This document shows positions 1-9,496 of a stretch of DNA of 64,000 bases, piece after piece; the first letter of the stretch is position 1; every line of letters begins with the position of its first letter. The DNA is from a virus (Duplodnaviria; Caudoviricetes). The DNA is taken from the IMG/VR virus record IMGVR_UViG_3300023055_000005. One strand, given 5' to 3'. The position numbers and the translations under genes are program-made. The notes under the pieces are model-generated. The model was given only the letters and a program-made list of their open reading frames with translations. It was not told where the DNA came from and ran no database searches.

Positions 1-2107
1 GCTTGGAACCCAGCGCATGCATACCCACACGCGACGGCGAGATCCAGTTCTTGCCAGCAACCATCTGACGGGTGATCGCCAACTTCAGGCGACGGCCAGC
101 AGTCGTCTGGTCCTGCAGCGACAGACCACCCAGCAGTGCCATGTAGTCGGTGTACAGGTTCTCGTCATCCCAGGTGGAGCTCAGGCCAAGGACAGCCAGT
201 TGACCCAGTGCCTCACCTGCGTTGTCGGTGCCCGTGATGCCACCCACAGCGTTACCCACCGCCTGACCAACCGGGTTACCAGCAGCCATCTGACCCGCAG
301 TCACAGCAGCGGTCTGCTGCCAAGAGTTCTGCGGGGCGATCGGCATGAAGAACACGGTGGACAGATCGACCAGCGAGAACGCTACGTCCAGCTGCAACGG
401 CTCGAAGTCTTCCGTGAACCCGACGTTACCAGCGCCGTGACTGACAGAGATGTTGTCCATCATTGCCAGACGCGACTGCATCATGCCGCGGCAGTACGCC
501 TCACACAGGAACGGAGAGGTGTAGGACTGCTTACCGGTAGCCAGCGGAGAGCCACCAGCCAGGATGCACGCCAGAGGCACGTACAGGTGCAGCAGGCGAG
601 CCATCTTGTTGCCGTAGGCCGAGCGCAGGGTCAGGGTGAAGTCCAAGCGAGGCAGCGAGGCACGTGAGGACATCCAGACCTTGGGGATCTCGATCTGAGC
701 ATTACCCGCCAGTGCTGCAGCGCCACCAGCGCCGAACTGCTCCATGAAGCCCTGAGCCGCATCGGAGACAGCGTTCTTCGCCGCACCGAATGCCTCGCCC
801 ACCATACCGCCGACAATCTTACCGTCAGCAAGGTTGGTTCGTGCTGCACGATTGGCCGAAGCAATGGAGTTCAGCTTCTGGGAGATCTCCGACTCGCCGG
901 CTTCATTGGAGATGCTCAGCTGCGTCGGACCGGTGTAGTCAACACGCAGACCAAGGAACTGAGAGCCGTCCTGATTTTCGCCATGGAAGAACGAGGTCAT
1001 CGAGTCCCACCACTTGGCGGGCTGATTGTTCTCGTCGTAACCGGCACGACCACCGCCCTGCTCCACAGCGTCAGCCTTGTCCAGAGCAAATGCACGATCA
1101 GCTCGGGTGGCGTAGGCTTTCAGGTAGGCGTTGGCTGCTGACCACTTCTCATCAACCAGTGCAGTGCCGCTATTTGGATCTTTGAGGAAGTAGCTCTGCG
1201 GATTGGTCGGGGAGATGTGAGCGCCGTAGACGTTCTTTACTGCAGCACCGAAGCGTTGCAGGAACGGCGTGTCCTTACCTGGAGCGTCGTCGTTGAAGCC
1301 CTTGCCCAGGTAGTTGTTGGACATCACCTGGTCGAGTTTCTCATTGAAGAGATTGGCCTTACGCTGAGCCTTACCTGCGATCCAGTAGACGTCGATACCG
1401 CCCCACCGATGGAAGATGTCCGGCTGTACCTTGTAGTACGCCTTCATGTCTTCGGAGGTGAAGGTGGACCGGTCCTTGGCCCAGCGGGTCTGTTCTTCCA
1501 CGGTCATGGCTCGGGGGATGATCCCCATGTTCACAGCCAGACCGTTGACGATGGTGTTGACCGCATCCCAGTACAGCGGCATTGCTTGGTTCAGCGAGTA
1601 GAACCGGCTGGACGGCTTGCCAAGCATGTAGTTGAGTGCACGGTCAACCATGATCATTGGCTGGGCAGGCAGCGTGGCCACCGTACCAACCATCTTGCCA
1701 GCCTCGTACATGATGCCGGGCACACGACCAGTGCGCGCCATGATTGCCATGCCGGGGCTGTACATATTCGCGAAGAAGTTCAACAGCGAGTTGAACTGGG
1801 GAACACCGAAGCGCATGTAAAGACGCTGCGATCGGCTATCGATGGCTTCTTCATACCAACGACCCATGCCCTTGTTCTCAAAGCCCTTGGCACCGAAAGC
1901 GGTGATGCCGTATGCCTTGACGTCCGCAGTACGGGTCAGCTGCGGTGGGGGATTGATGACAAAGTTGCCGCCCAGAGAGGTATCGGTGAACCCGAAGTCC
2001 ACCTCACGCAACGTACGGCGTTCAAACTCAATGTCATCCATTTTGTCAGCGGAGACGATGAAAGTCTGGCGCATCCAGTCGCGATCGTGACGGTGAAGGG
2101 TTGCCAT
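1..2107 (-). CDS. phiKZ gp182-like tail-tip/baseplate structural protein (runs off the left edge; absent from the supplied ORF track)
   Basis: Manual translation from ATG at 2107 gives MATLHRHDRDWMRQTF...FTDTSLGGNFVINPPPQLTRTADVK. The DTSLGGN..INPPPQ.T..AD motif is typical of gp182-family proteins, and the gene lies directly downstream of the gp181-like gene. Confidence 0.8.
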   Translation of the reverse strand, partial: MATLHRHDRDWMRQTFIVSADKMDDIEFERRTLREVDFGFTDTSLGGNFVINPPPQLTRTADVKAYGITAFGAKGFENKGMGRWYEEAIDSRSQRLYMRFGVPQFNSLLNFFANMYSPGMAIMARTGRVPGIMYEAGKMVGTVATLPAQPMIMVDRALNYMLGKPSSRFYSLNQAMPLYWDAVNTIVNGLAVNMGIIPRAMTVEEQTRWAKDRSTFTSEDMKAYYKVQPDIFHRWGGIDVYWIAGKAQRKANLFNEKLDQVMSNNYLGKGFNDDAPGKDTPFLQRFGAAVKNVYGAHISPTNPQSYFLKDPNSGTALVDEKWSAANAYLKAYATRADRAFALDKADAVEQGGGRAGYDENNQPAKWWDSMTSFFHGENQDGSQFLGLRVDYTGPTQLSISNEAGESEISQKLNSIASANRAARTNLADGKIVGGMVGEAFGAAKNAVSDAAQGFMEQFGAGGAAALAGNAQIEIPKVWMSSRASLPRLDFTLTLRSAYGNKMARLLHLYVPLACILAGGSPLATGKQSYTSPFLCEAYCRGMMQSRLAMMDNISVSHGAGNVGFTEDFEPLQLDVAFSLVDLSTVFFMPIAPQNSWQQTAAVTAGQMAAGNPVGQAVGNAVGGITGTDNAGEALGQLAVLGLSSTWDDENLYTDYMALLGGLSLQDQTTAGRRLKLAITRQMVAGKNWISPSRVGMHALGSK

Positions 2108-2124
2108 CTTGGGATCTCATGTAA

Positions 2125-2160
2125 AAGGAAAAAGTAGGGGCGGAGGACAACCTCCGCCCC
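2125..2160 (-). terminator. Intrinsic terminator-like hairpin after the gp181-like gene
   Basis: Perfect 10-bp stem GGGGCGGAGG/CCTCCGCCCC (2137-2146/2151-2160), followed on the minus strand by TACTTTTTCC. Confidence 0.7.
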
Positions 2161-2168
2161 ATTCCACT

Positions 2169-5100
2169 TTATGCCACGTCGCTGCGCAGGCCGAAATCAA
2201 CCACGGGGGTCGAGTTGGACTCTGCTACCAGAGTAGCCTGACGTCGAGCATTCTCTCGCTTGGCGCGAGTACTCTGCTGTACCATCAAGCCATCCTTTTC
2301 CACTGACTTCGGTGGCGGTGCAGCGGGTGCTGCTTCTGCGGGTGCGGCTTCAGAAGATTGGGCTGGCACATTGAGAGCTGCCGGGTTGTTCCCAATCTTG
2401 GTACTGATGTCGCGCAGGTGACCTTCCATGGCCTTCATCACGTACAACTGCTTGTTCATGATTTCCATCACGCTGCCGGTCTGAGCCGTCTGAGCACTCT
2501 GAACGGCACGGCTGTTTACGTCGGCCTCGTAAGACTGACGAACCGCAGCCTGCTGCATCTGAACCTGCGGATCGGAGTTGGTCGTACTTGCGCTGACCAA
2601 ACCGACGCCACCTGCACCCTGGTCGTTGTAGGCCGGGTTGGACGGACGGGGAGCATCGACGAACTCACGCGGTGTTGCATTGGCACCAGCCGGAGCCGCG
2701 CCTGCCATTGCCAGCGCAGGGTTGGGAGCACCGGTAGCCGAGACAGGCATTGCACTGGCCGTGTAGCTGGCCGCCTGACCCGTATCACCTTCACCACTAC
2801 GAGTGTTGAAACTACCCGCACCGATGGCCGCAATGTCACTCGCACCGTAACGATGGCCCCGTACCAGCTTGTCCAGATGGGCAATCACGCCACCCATCGT
2901 CTTGGGACGACCATCACGCTCGAAGTAGATGTTGCGGTTGGCACTAGCCGCTGCAGGCATCGCCTGAGCACCAATGGCCTCTGCGGGGGACCGTAGAGCA
3001 CTGACAGCGCCACCGGCACCCATGAAGTGCGCCATGTACAGATCAGTATCCGTGGGTTCACGACCGACACTCTTACGCAAGTGAGCGGCATTCTCCCTCA
3101 GGAACTCGGCACCCATCAGGGCATTGGCACGCGGGTCGAACTGATGCGCATCCGGCGAGATGCCGTACTTCGCACCGTACTTCTTCAACATCGACTTCCA
3201 GGTGCTGTTGATGAACTGATACAGACCCTTGGCCGAGGACGTACCTGCACCGACCTGCGGGCGGAAGCCCGACTCAATCGACGCCATGGTCATCATCAAC
3301 TTCGGATCCACGCCAGCCATCTTTGCAGCCGCCACGATCAGCGGACCGATCGCCTTGGCACCCACAGCGCCCGGAGGCGGCATGGGCAAGTCGTTGACGT
3401 TGCCACCGGTTCCGTTACCCGGATGATCGACCGTCTGACCCACAGGACTCGGGTTGGAGTAGTTGCCTGCCCCGTAGCCGGTGTTCATCATCGCTGGTGC
3501 GGCACCCATGCCCATACCCGAGCCCGGCTGGTAGGCCGTGTTCATGTACGAGTACGGAGTGGACGCTGACGCATTCCCCGCGCTTGCAGTACCGCCACCA
3601 GCAGACGCTCGTGCAGCCGCCGCCGCCGAGTCGGCCGTAGCCTGAGCGGGTGTGGTGTTGTATGCCGAGTTGGCCTGCTTGTTCTGGTTTGCTTCGCGAA
3701 CAGCATTGGGGTCAAGACACGCCATGCCACCGATGATGGCCAGCTGGAACGGACGAGCCGCCATCTTCTCGTAGAACAGCTTCATCGCTGCCTGCGAGTT
3801 GGTGATCGACTTCTGGTTACCAATACGAGCACGACCCAGGCCCAAGAGAATGCAGCCCTGTGAATCAGCCTTCTTGCCGTGCTCTGCCGACCCTGCCGAA
3901 TTACCAGCGTGGATCAGAATCGCCGACCGACCCGGCACACCGTACACCTCGTACGCCTGACCGAAGGAACTGGTCTGACGCTTGGCACACTTGTAGACGC
4001 CCGTGGGAATGCACGACACCCTCGATGCGTTGTCCTTCCATGGCAGTTCCAAGGTCTGGAACACCGTGCCGTCTGGCAGCTTCAGCGTACCGTAGGTTCC
4101 ATCCAGATCCGACGCCTCACGATCAAGAACCAGCTGCATCGTGCCGTTGAGCATGATGGGAGCCATCGGAGGAGCCATCATCATTCCCTGACCCGGCTTG
4201 TACTGCATGTTCATGTAACCACCGCCAACGGCCAATCCACCGACCGATGCTATCGGCCTACCGTTGGCGTCGAACCCTGCGGTAGGCTTGCCTTCCGTAG
4301 CGCCTGCAAAGCCCGTGGCTGCAACACCGGTGGGAACACCCGGCACCTTCCCTGCCTGCTCAGCCTTGCGCTTGGCATCAGCAATGTCGGCATCTTCCTG
4401 ACGACGATCCATCCAGTCGTTCAGAGGAGAGGTCATCATGCTCATGCCCGGAGCCAGTGCCATGGAGGCATCAGAGAGACGCTTGGCGCCACTCATGAAT
4501 CCACCAACGCCCGAACGGTCCTTGTCAATGCGAGCCAGCGCCAGGCTCATCGAGCGATCCACGTCTGCAGCCGAGATCTTCAGCGGTTCGCCGAAGGGAC
4601 CAGCCATGGACTTGTAGATCTCCGGATTTACCTTGGAGCCTGCCTTGACCAGCTCCACCTTCTTGTCCTGATCCAACTCATCGTCGGCGTCGTTCAAGTT
4701 GGTGGTCGGTGCAATGGCCTTCATCGCCTGGAACCAAGTCAGATAGACCGGCTTGAATCGGCGAGTCAACCACACATCGAGCAGGTTGCGTTCTTCTTGG
4801 TTGTTGGTGAACCAACCGTCGTCCAGGCCGAAGTGCTTGTACACCTCTTCCATGGAGAGTTTCTCCGAGGAGATATCCAGCTGACCGTTCACCATCTTGG
4901 TGTGCGGTGCAACCATCTGCTCGAAGTCGACGATCTTCTCCACGTTGCTGGCATCGCCATAGGCCACGCCGTACTGTGCCATACGGAACGCACGGACCGG
5001 GATGTAGGTGCCGTACTTGTACTTCTTCCACGCCTTGTAACCGACGTAGCCAACAGCACCCACCACAGCCGCACCGATCAAGACCGGCAGACCAATGGTT

Positions 5101-8100
5101 GCCATCAGACCAGCACCAGCCGTACCGGCCACAGCACCGCCTGCACCCACGCCACCAGCAGCTGCCGCAGTACCTGCCGCAGCGCCACCACCGGTCAAGG
5201 TAGAGACAACGGAGGTTGCCATCAGGCCAGTGGAGACCATACCTGCGGTATCGGCCACACCGTTGACGACCTTACCACCAGTGGAGTCATCGCCACCCAG
5301 CTTGTCAACCAGATAGCTACCACCCAGACCCATTGCCACACCAGCAGCGATGCCACCGACGCTTGCACCACGCGGACGGAAGCGACCAATGCCCCTGCGG
5401 AGGAAGCCAGGAGCCCGACGTGCACCGGGGATCGGAGGCGGACGAACTACTCGCGGTGTTGCACCAGTGCGAGCACGGGCCGGAAGCCCACGACGACGCC
5501 TGGAACGAGCAATACGGGCCGCGCGGTTACGACGCCACCCACCACGCTTACGACCACGGGTGTCGCGCCCTGGGGCACGATTGCGGCGCTGCTTGCGACC
5601 ATCGGCATCGACGTAGAAGTCGCCACCGCCATCGCCACCATCACAGCCACAGCAACCACAACCGCAGTCGCCATCACCGTCACCACCCTTGCCGCCCTTC
5701 CTGCCGAAGAACTTTTCCCACAGGCCCTTGACCTTCCCACCGATACCAAACATGTTGGCAACGATGTTGTCCTTGGAGGAGGCCTTGCCTGCATGACCGG
5801 GGCGATCGCGTTTGTCATCGCCATCACCATCCCCGCTCTTTTCACGTTCCTGCCAGCTGCCATCACGCAGGCCGTCACCGTCGGTATCACCGAACACCGG
5901 CTTGGGCAGACGCTGATCCAGCAACTCGTAGATGTTCTGCAGAACGTTCAACTGCTTGTTCTGCACATCCAGCTGGTTCTGCAGCTGGTCGCCGATATAG
6001 CTACCCACGCCGACGAAGACGTTGGTGATGCTATCCAGACGAACACCGGACAGGAAGTCCATCAGACGCTTGGGTGCCTTCACTGCCCACTGACTGAACT
6101 TGCTCAGACGGGCGGCGATACCCAATGCCACATTCACTGCAACGTGTCCGATACGTCCACCGATCGTCAGACCGAAGGGCATGCCGTTCACGTCTACCAG
6201 CCCGCGCTTGATATCGTCGGTGGTCAGTACGATGTTGCCATCGCTGTCCATGACGGTATTGGTACAATCACGCCAGCTCATCACGACCTTGGTGCCGGTG
6301 ACTCCGTCTTGGACGAAGTACTGGCCGGCCTTCATCTTGATGGCAAGCAGACGCGGAGCCTGCGGTTCACCACGCACGTAGATGTCTTTGTCAGCATCCA
6401 TGCGCGCCAGTGCGCCGTTGATCGCATTGCGAACGAAGTTGCCAGCACGGAACGGAGCAGTGCTCGTCCAGCCCAGCGCCTTCAAGAAGCCGCGCCCACC
6501 GGCAGTGAGACCTGCCAGGATGCGCTGCCCATTGCTGTTGTACAGCTGCTGACTGAAGTCATAGGCCGTCAGCACCACGTTACCGGCAGCATCCTTCACC
6601 GGACCCTTGATGTCCGAGAGCTTGGTGATGACCTTGCCAGTGCCTACGTCGAAGTACTGACCCAGCCGGAGCAGTCGAGCCTCCAGCAGAACACGGCCCT
6701 GCTTGTCACGAACGTCGGAGATGTAGTTCAGAGCACCTTCGGCAGCATTGGCACCTGCAGCCCAGCCAATACCAGCGGCGCCCTTCGCACCACCCCATGC
6801 AGCGTTTGCCAGACTACCCAGCGTACGGCCGAGGAAGCTACCAGCGGCAGAACCACCACGCCAAGCCGCACCAGCGCCCTGACCTGCCAACTTGCCACCA
6901 GCGACCAACTTGCCACCGATCCAACGGAAGGCGTGTTCAGTACCGCCCCAGAAACCCTTGCGCCGTGAGTAGCCGCCCGGAATCGGAGGAGGACCACCGG
7001 AGCCACCACCGCCACCGCCGAATTGGCCAGAGGCAAGCATCTCACGGATATCGCCCAGCAGTTCCACCGTGGCAGTTGCCTGACCGGTGATGTTGTTGGC
7101 ACGCACGGCAGTGATCAGTTCACCCTCACCAGTCACCGATTCATTGATGCTGGTAAGCATGTCGCGAGCATTGACTTTGTTGGAGCCAACACCTGCGGGC
7201 GGTTCAGCAGCTTCGACAGCACGCTGATCCATGATCTTCTGGCGACGCTTGGACACACCCTTGGCACGGCGACCACTGTTGATGGTGGCACGCGAAGGCG
7301 GGGACGCTGCACCGATCGGAGCGGGGGTGGCAGGCATGACGACCTTGGCAACCAGTTGGACCGGTACGCCAGTTTCCTCTGCCAGTTCCCACACCTCGTC
7401 GGGGTAGTCGATGGAAGCATTTGCATCACGAGTACGCCGGAACGCCTCGCTGTAGTTCATGCGACCAGTCAACCCACCCTTCTCGATCAGACCCAGCGCT
7501 TCCATCAGCTCACGCTGACCAGCCTCGATGTAACCCTTGGTCTTGTCACGGGGGTCATCGAAGTTGTTGCGCATTGCGGTGTACTTCTCACGCAACTTGG
7601 CAGCACGGTTGATGTCATGGACGCGGAAGTCGAACTTCTCACCCTGACCCATACCCAGTGCTTGCGAGAACACATCAGCGATCTCCTGCCGGACTTGCGG
7701 CGCGAGCTTCTCGTCGAAGTATTCCTTGTTGGTGTAGTTGTCCGCACTCCACGAACGCGCCCCGAGGGAGTCGCGCATCAGCTGGTCTTTCAGAGCACCT
7801 GACGCTTCCGGGGACATGGTCGAGTTGCCAGCGACCGAACGCACGAACTCATCCAGGCTGTTGCGAGCACCGGTGGTGTTGGCTTCACCGAACATGCGCC
7901 ACGCAGCATCCTTGACAGCCTCGTCCTTGGTCGTGAAAGCACCGCGGTCGGCATTGTAGATGATGCGCTTGATGTTCGGGTTCTTGGACATCATCACCCG
8001 CTGCGCATGCAAGATGCGAGACAGGTAGCCGGGGATCACTTCGATCAGGGCCCGGTTGGCGCCATTGGTGAAGCCGCTGTGCGAATCACTGTCCAGGATC

Positions 8101-9440
8101 GGGGAGTCACCGAGGCTGGAGTTCAACATGTGGGTCGGGATCAGCTGCTGCGCAAGACGCGCCATGCTGCCCTTCCAGCCGGTCTGCGTGGTGCCACGCT
8201 GAGCCAGCTCGTTGAACATTTCCGGGATACCGGTGGTGAAGTACTTCAGCGCACTACCGCCACGCTTCAGTTCCGGCATCTGGTCGGTGATGCGGGAGAA
8301 GAACTGTGCAACGCGATAACCTGCCTGCTCAGCCAGCTCCCCACCCATCATGCCGCCGATCATCTCGTGCGGACCACCCGTGTCGCCAAACTCCTTGGCC
8401 GACTCCATGGACTCCGCCAGCTGGCGGCCCATGTTGAACCCTTCCATCATCTGGCGGGTGTAGGTGGACATCACGTTCTGAACGTTGGACTTCAGCTGCT
8501 TGCCGAAGCCGCGGACATACTCAGACGCCTTGTTCTGCACACCACCGATCAGACGCTGCTTCAGCATCTGCCGGTTGACTTCTGCGGTCTTGATCTTCAC
8601 CGCATCAGGCAGCGCGGTGTTCTTGGTGATGCTTTCCAGGAACTTGTTGGTCAGCTCACTGGACTTGACCGTTACATCGGTCAGGTCGCGCATCATGAAC
8701 AACTGCTTGAACTGCAGTTCCAACGACTTGCGCTGGTAACGGGAAGTGAAGTTGTCCTGGAACGCGACCAAGCGGTCGATACCGGCACGAGTGGTTTCCA
8801 GCTGCAGCATTTCGTTGCTGTGCTGGTCATCCTCGATCTTCTCGCGGATCGTCTTGTCCACCTTCTGGTGGGCATAGATCGACTCGGAGGCCTTCAGGTT
8901 CTCCTTGAAGATTTCACCCAACTGGGTGTTGATCTCCCGGTCATCCGCTTCCTTACGACGCTCTTCTTCAGAGCGGGCGTTATCGAAGTAGGATTCCTTC
9001 TCGGTCAGCAGTTTGTCAATCCGAGAATAGATCTTCTCGGGGATGACATTTTCTACAGATGCGAGTAATTTTTTGGAGGAACGCTGGATCTCTTTCAGCG
9101 GAGCCCGCATTTCTGTGGCGGCGCTATTGTATAGATCCTTGGTCGACGACCACGCAGAGTCTGCGACGTTGAATGCTTGGCCGTAGCCGTCCGGCAGGGC
9201 GCGCTTGATAAAGTCTTCGATGAAGTGCTTATCGGAGACCGTCGACTTCGCCCCTTCGTAGATGCCAGCCGCCAGCTTGGTGGTCGGCTTACGATTGTCT
9301 TTCTCCGGCTTGAAGTCAAACTCATCCAAGCCAAAGTCGAAGCCGTCCAGACCCAAGTCCATGTCGTCCAGCTTGTTGCTGCGACTGTTCTTGTTGGGCG
9401 GTGGACCCTTCTTGCCTTTCTTGTCGTTCGTCGAAGCCAT
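2169..9440 (-). CDS. phiKZ gp181-like tape-measure / tail-associated lysin (about 2423 aa) with DUF5675-like and soluble lytic transglycosylase domains
   Basis: Very long ORF divergent from the vRNAP genes. It has an SLT motif (IESGFRP...SAKGLYQFINSTW), a DUF5675-like segment (TLELPW...SCIPTGVY...ILIHAGN...DSQGCILLG), a DTDGDGLRD motif and hydrophobic Gly/Ala-rich segments. Likely start is ATG 9440 (MASTNDKK). Confidence 0.9.
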   Translation of the reverse strand: MASTNDKKGKKGPPPNKNSRSNKLDDMDLGLDGFDFGLDEFDFKPEKDNRKPTTKLAAGIYEGAKSTVSDKHFIEDFIKRALPDGYGQAFNVADSAWSSTKDLYNSAATEMRAPLKEIQRSSKKLLASVENVIPEKIYSRIDKLLTEKESYFDNARSEEERRKEADDREINTQLGEIFKENLKASESIYAHQKVDKTIREKIEDDQHSNEMLQLETTRAGIDRLVAFQDNFTSRYQRKSLELQFKQLFMMRDLTDVTVKSSELTNKFLESITKNTALPDAVKIKTAEVNRQMLKQRLIGGVQNKASEYVRGFGKQLKSNVQNVMSTYTRQMMEGFNMGRQLAESMESAKEFGDTGGPHEMIGGMMGGELAEQAGYRVAQFFSRITDQMPELKRGGSALKYFTTGIPEMFNELAQRGTTQTGWKGSMARLAQQLIPTHMLNSSLGDSPILDSDSHSGFTNGANRALIEVIPGYLSRILHAQRVMMSKNPNIKRIIYNADRGAFTTKDEAVKDAAWRMFGEANTTGARNSLDEFVRSVAGNSTMSPEASGALKDQLMRDSLGARSWSADNYTNKEYFDEKLAPQVRQEIADVFSQALGMGQGEKFDFRVHDINRAAKLREKYTAMRNNFDDPRDKTKGYIEAGQRELMEALGLIEKGGLTGRMNYSEAFRRTRDANASIDYPDEVWELAEETGVPVQLVAKVVMPATPAPIGAASPPSRATINSGRRAKGVSKRRQKIMDQRAVEAAEPPAGVGSNKVNARDMLTSINESVTGEGELITAVRANNITGQATATVELLGDIREMLASGQFGGGGGGSGGPPPIPGGYSRRKGFWGGTEHAFRWIGGKLVAGGKLAGQGAGAAWRGGSAAGSFLGRTLGSLANAAWGGAKGAAGIGWAAGANAAEGALNYISDVRDKQGRVLLEARLLRLGQYFDVGTGKVITKLSDIKGPVKDAAGNVVLTAYDFSQQLYNSNGQRILAGLTAGGRGFLKALGWTSTAPFRAGNFVRNAINGALARMDADKDIYVRGEPQAPRLLAIKMKAGQYFVQDGVTGTKVVMSWRDCTNTVMDSDGNIVLTTDDIKRGLVDVNGMPFGLTIGGRIGHVAVNVALGIAARLSKFSQWAVKAPKRLMDFLSGVRLDSITNVFVGVGSYIGDQLQNQLDVQNKQLNVLQNIYELLDQRLPKPVFGDTDGDGLRDGSWQEREKSGDGDGDDKRDRPGHAGKASSKDNIVANMFGIGGKVKGLWEKFFGRKGGKGGDGDGDCGCGCCGCDGGDGGGDFYVDADGRKQRRNRAPGRDTRGRKRGGWRRNRAARIARSRRRRGLPARARTGATPRVVRPPPIPGARRAPGFLRRGIGRFRPRGASVGGIAAGVAMGLGGSYLVDKLGGDDSTGGKVVNGVADTAGMVSTGLMATSVVSTLTGGGAAAGTAAAAGGVGAGGAVAGTAGAGLMATIGLPVLIGAAVVGAVGYVGYKAWKKYKYGTYIPVRAFRMAQYGVAYGDASNVEKIVDFEQMVAPHTKMVNGQLDISSEKLSMEEVYKHFGLDDGWFTNNQEERNLLDVWLTRRFKPVYLTWFQAMKAIAPTTNLNDADDELDQDKKVELVKAGSKVNPEIYKSMAGPFGEPLKISAADVDRSMSLALARIDKDRSGVGGFMSGAKRLSDASMALAPGMSMMTSPLNDWMDRRQEDADIADAKRKAEQAGKVPGVPTGVAATGFAGATEGKPTAGFDANGRPIASVGGLAVGGGYMNMQYKPGQGMMMAPPMAPIMLNGTMQLVLDREASDLDGTYGTLKLPDGTVFQTLELPWKDNASRVSCIPTGVYKCAKRQTSSFGQAYEVYGVPGRSAILIHAGNSAGSAEHGKKADSQGCILLGLGRARIGNQKSITNSQAAMKLFYEKMAARPFQLAIIGGMACLDPNAVREANQNKQANSAYNTTPAQATADSAAAAARASAGGGTASAGNASASTPYSYMNTAYQPGSGMGMGAAPAMMNTGYGAGNYSNPSPVGQTVDHPGNGTGGNVNDLPMPPPGAVGAKAIGPLIVAAAKMAGVDPKLMMTMASIESGFRPQVGAGTSSAKGLYQFINSTWKSMLKKYGAKYGISPDAHQFDPRANALMGAEFLRENAAHLRKSVGREPTDTDLYMAHFMGAGGAVSALRSPAEAIGAQAMPAAASANRNIYFERDGRPKTMGGVIAHLDKLVRGHRYGASDIAAIGAGSFNTRSGEGDTGQAASYTASAMPVSATGAPNPALAMAGAAPAGANATPREFVDAPRPSNPAYNDQGAGGVGLVSASTTNSDPQVQMQQAAVRQSYEADVNSRAVQSAQTAQTGSVMEIMNKQLYVMKAMEGHLRDISTKIGNNPAALNVPAQSSEAAPAEAAPAAPPPKSVEKDGLMVQQSTRAKRENARRQATLVAESNSTPVVDFGLRSDVA

Positions 9441-9496
9441 ATTTCTACCCTGGCCCTTTATCAATACCCGTCTATAGAATTAAGGAGTAGGCCGCT

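Noticed and set aside
3879-6968. 1029-aa + strand ORF and other long antisense ORFs (11156-13894, 20947-22599, 22722-25223, 26145-27911, 30740-33313, 45432-47066, 49104-50885, 60620-62695)
   Set aside because: These are shadows of real genes on the opposite strand, produced by strong GC3 codon bias; they have no SD, no motifs and atypical composition.
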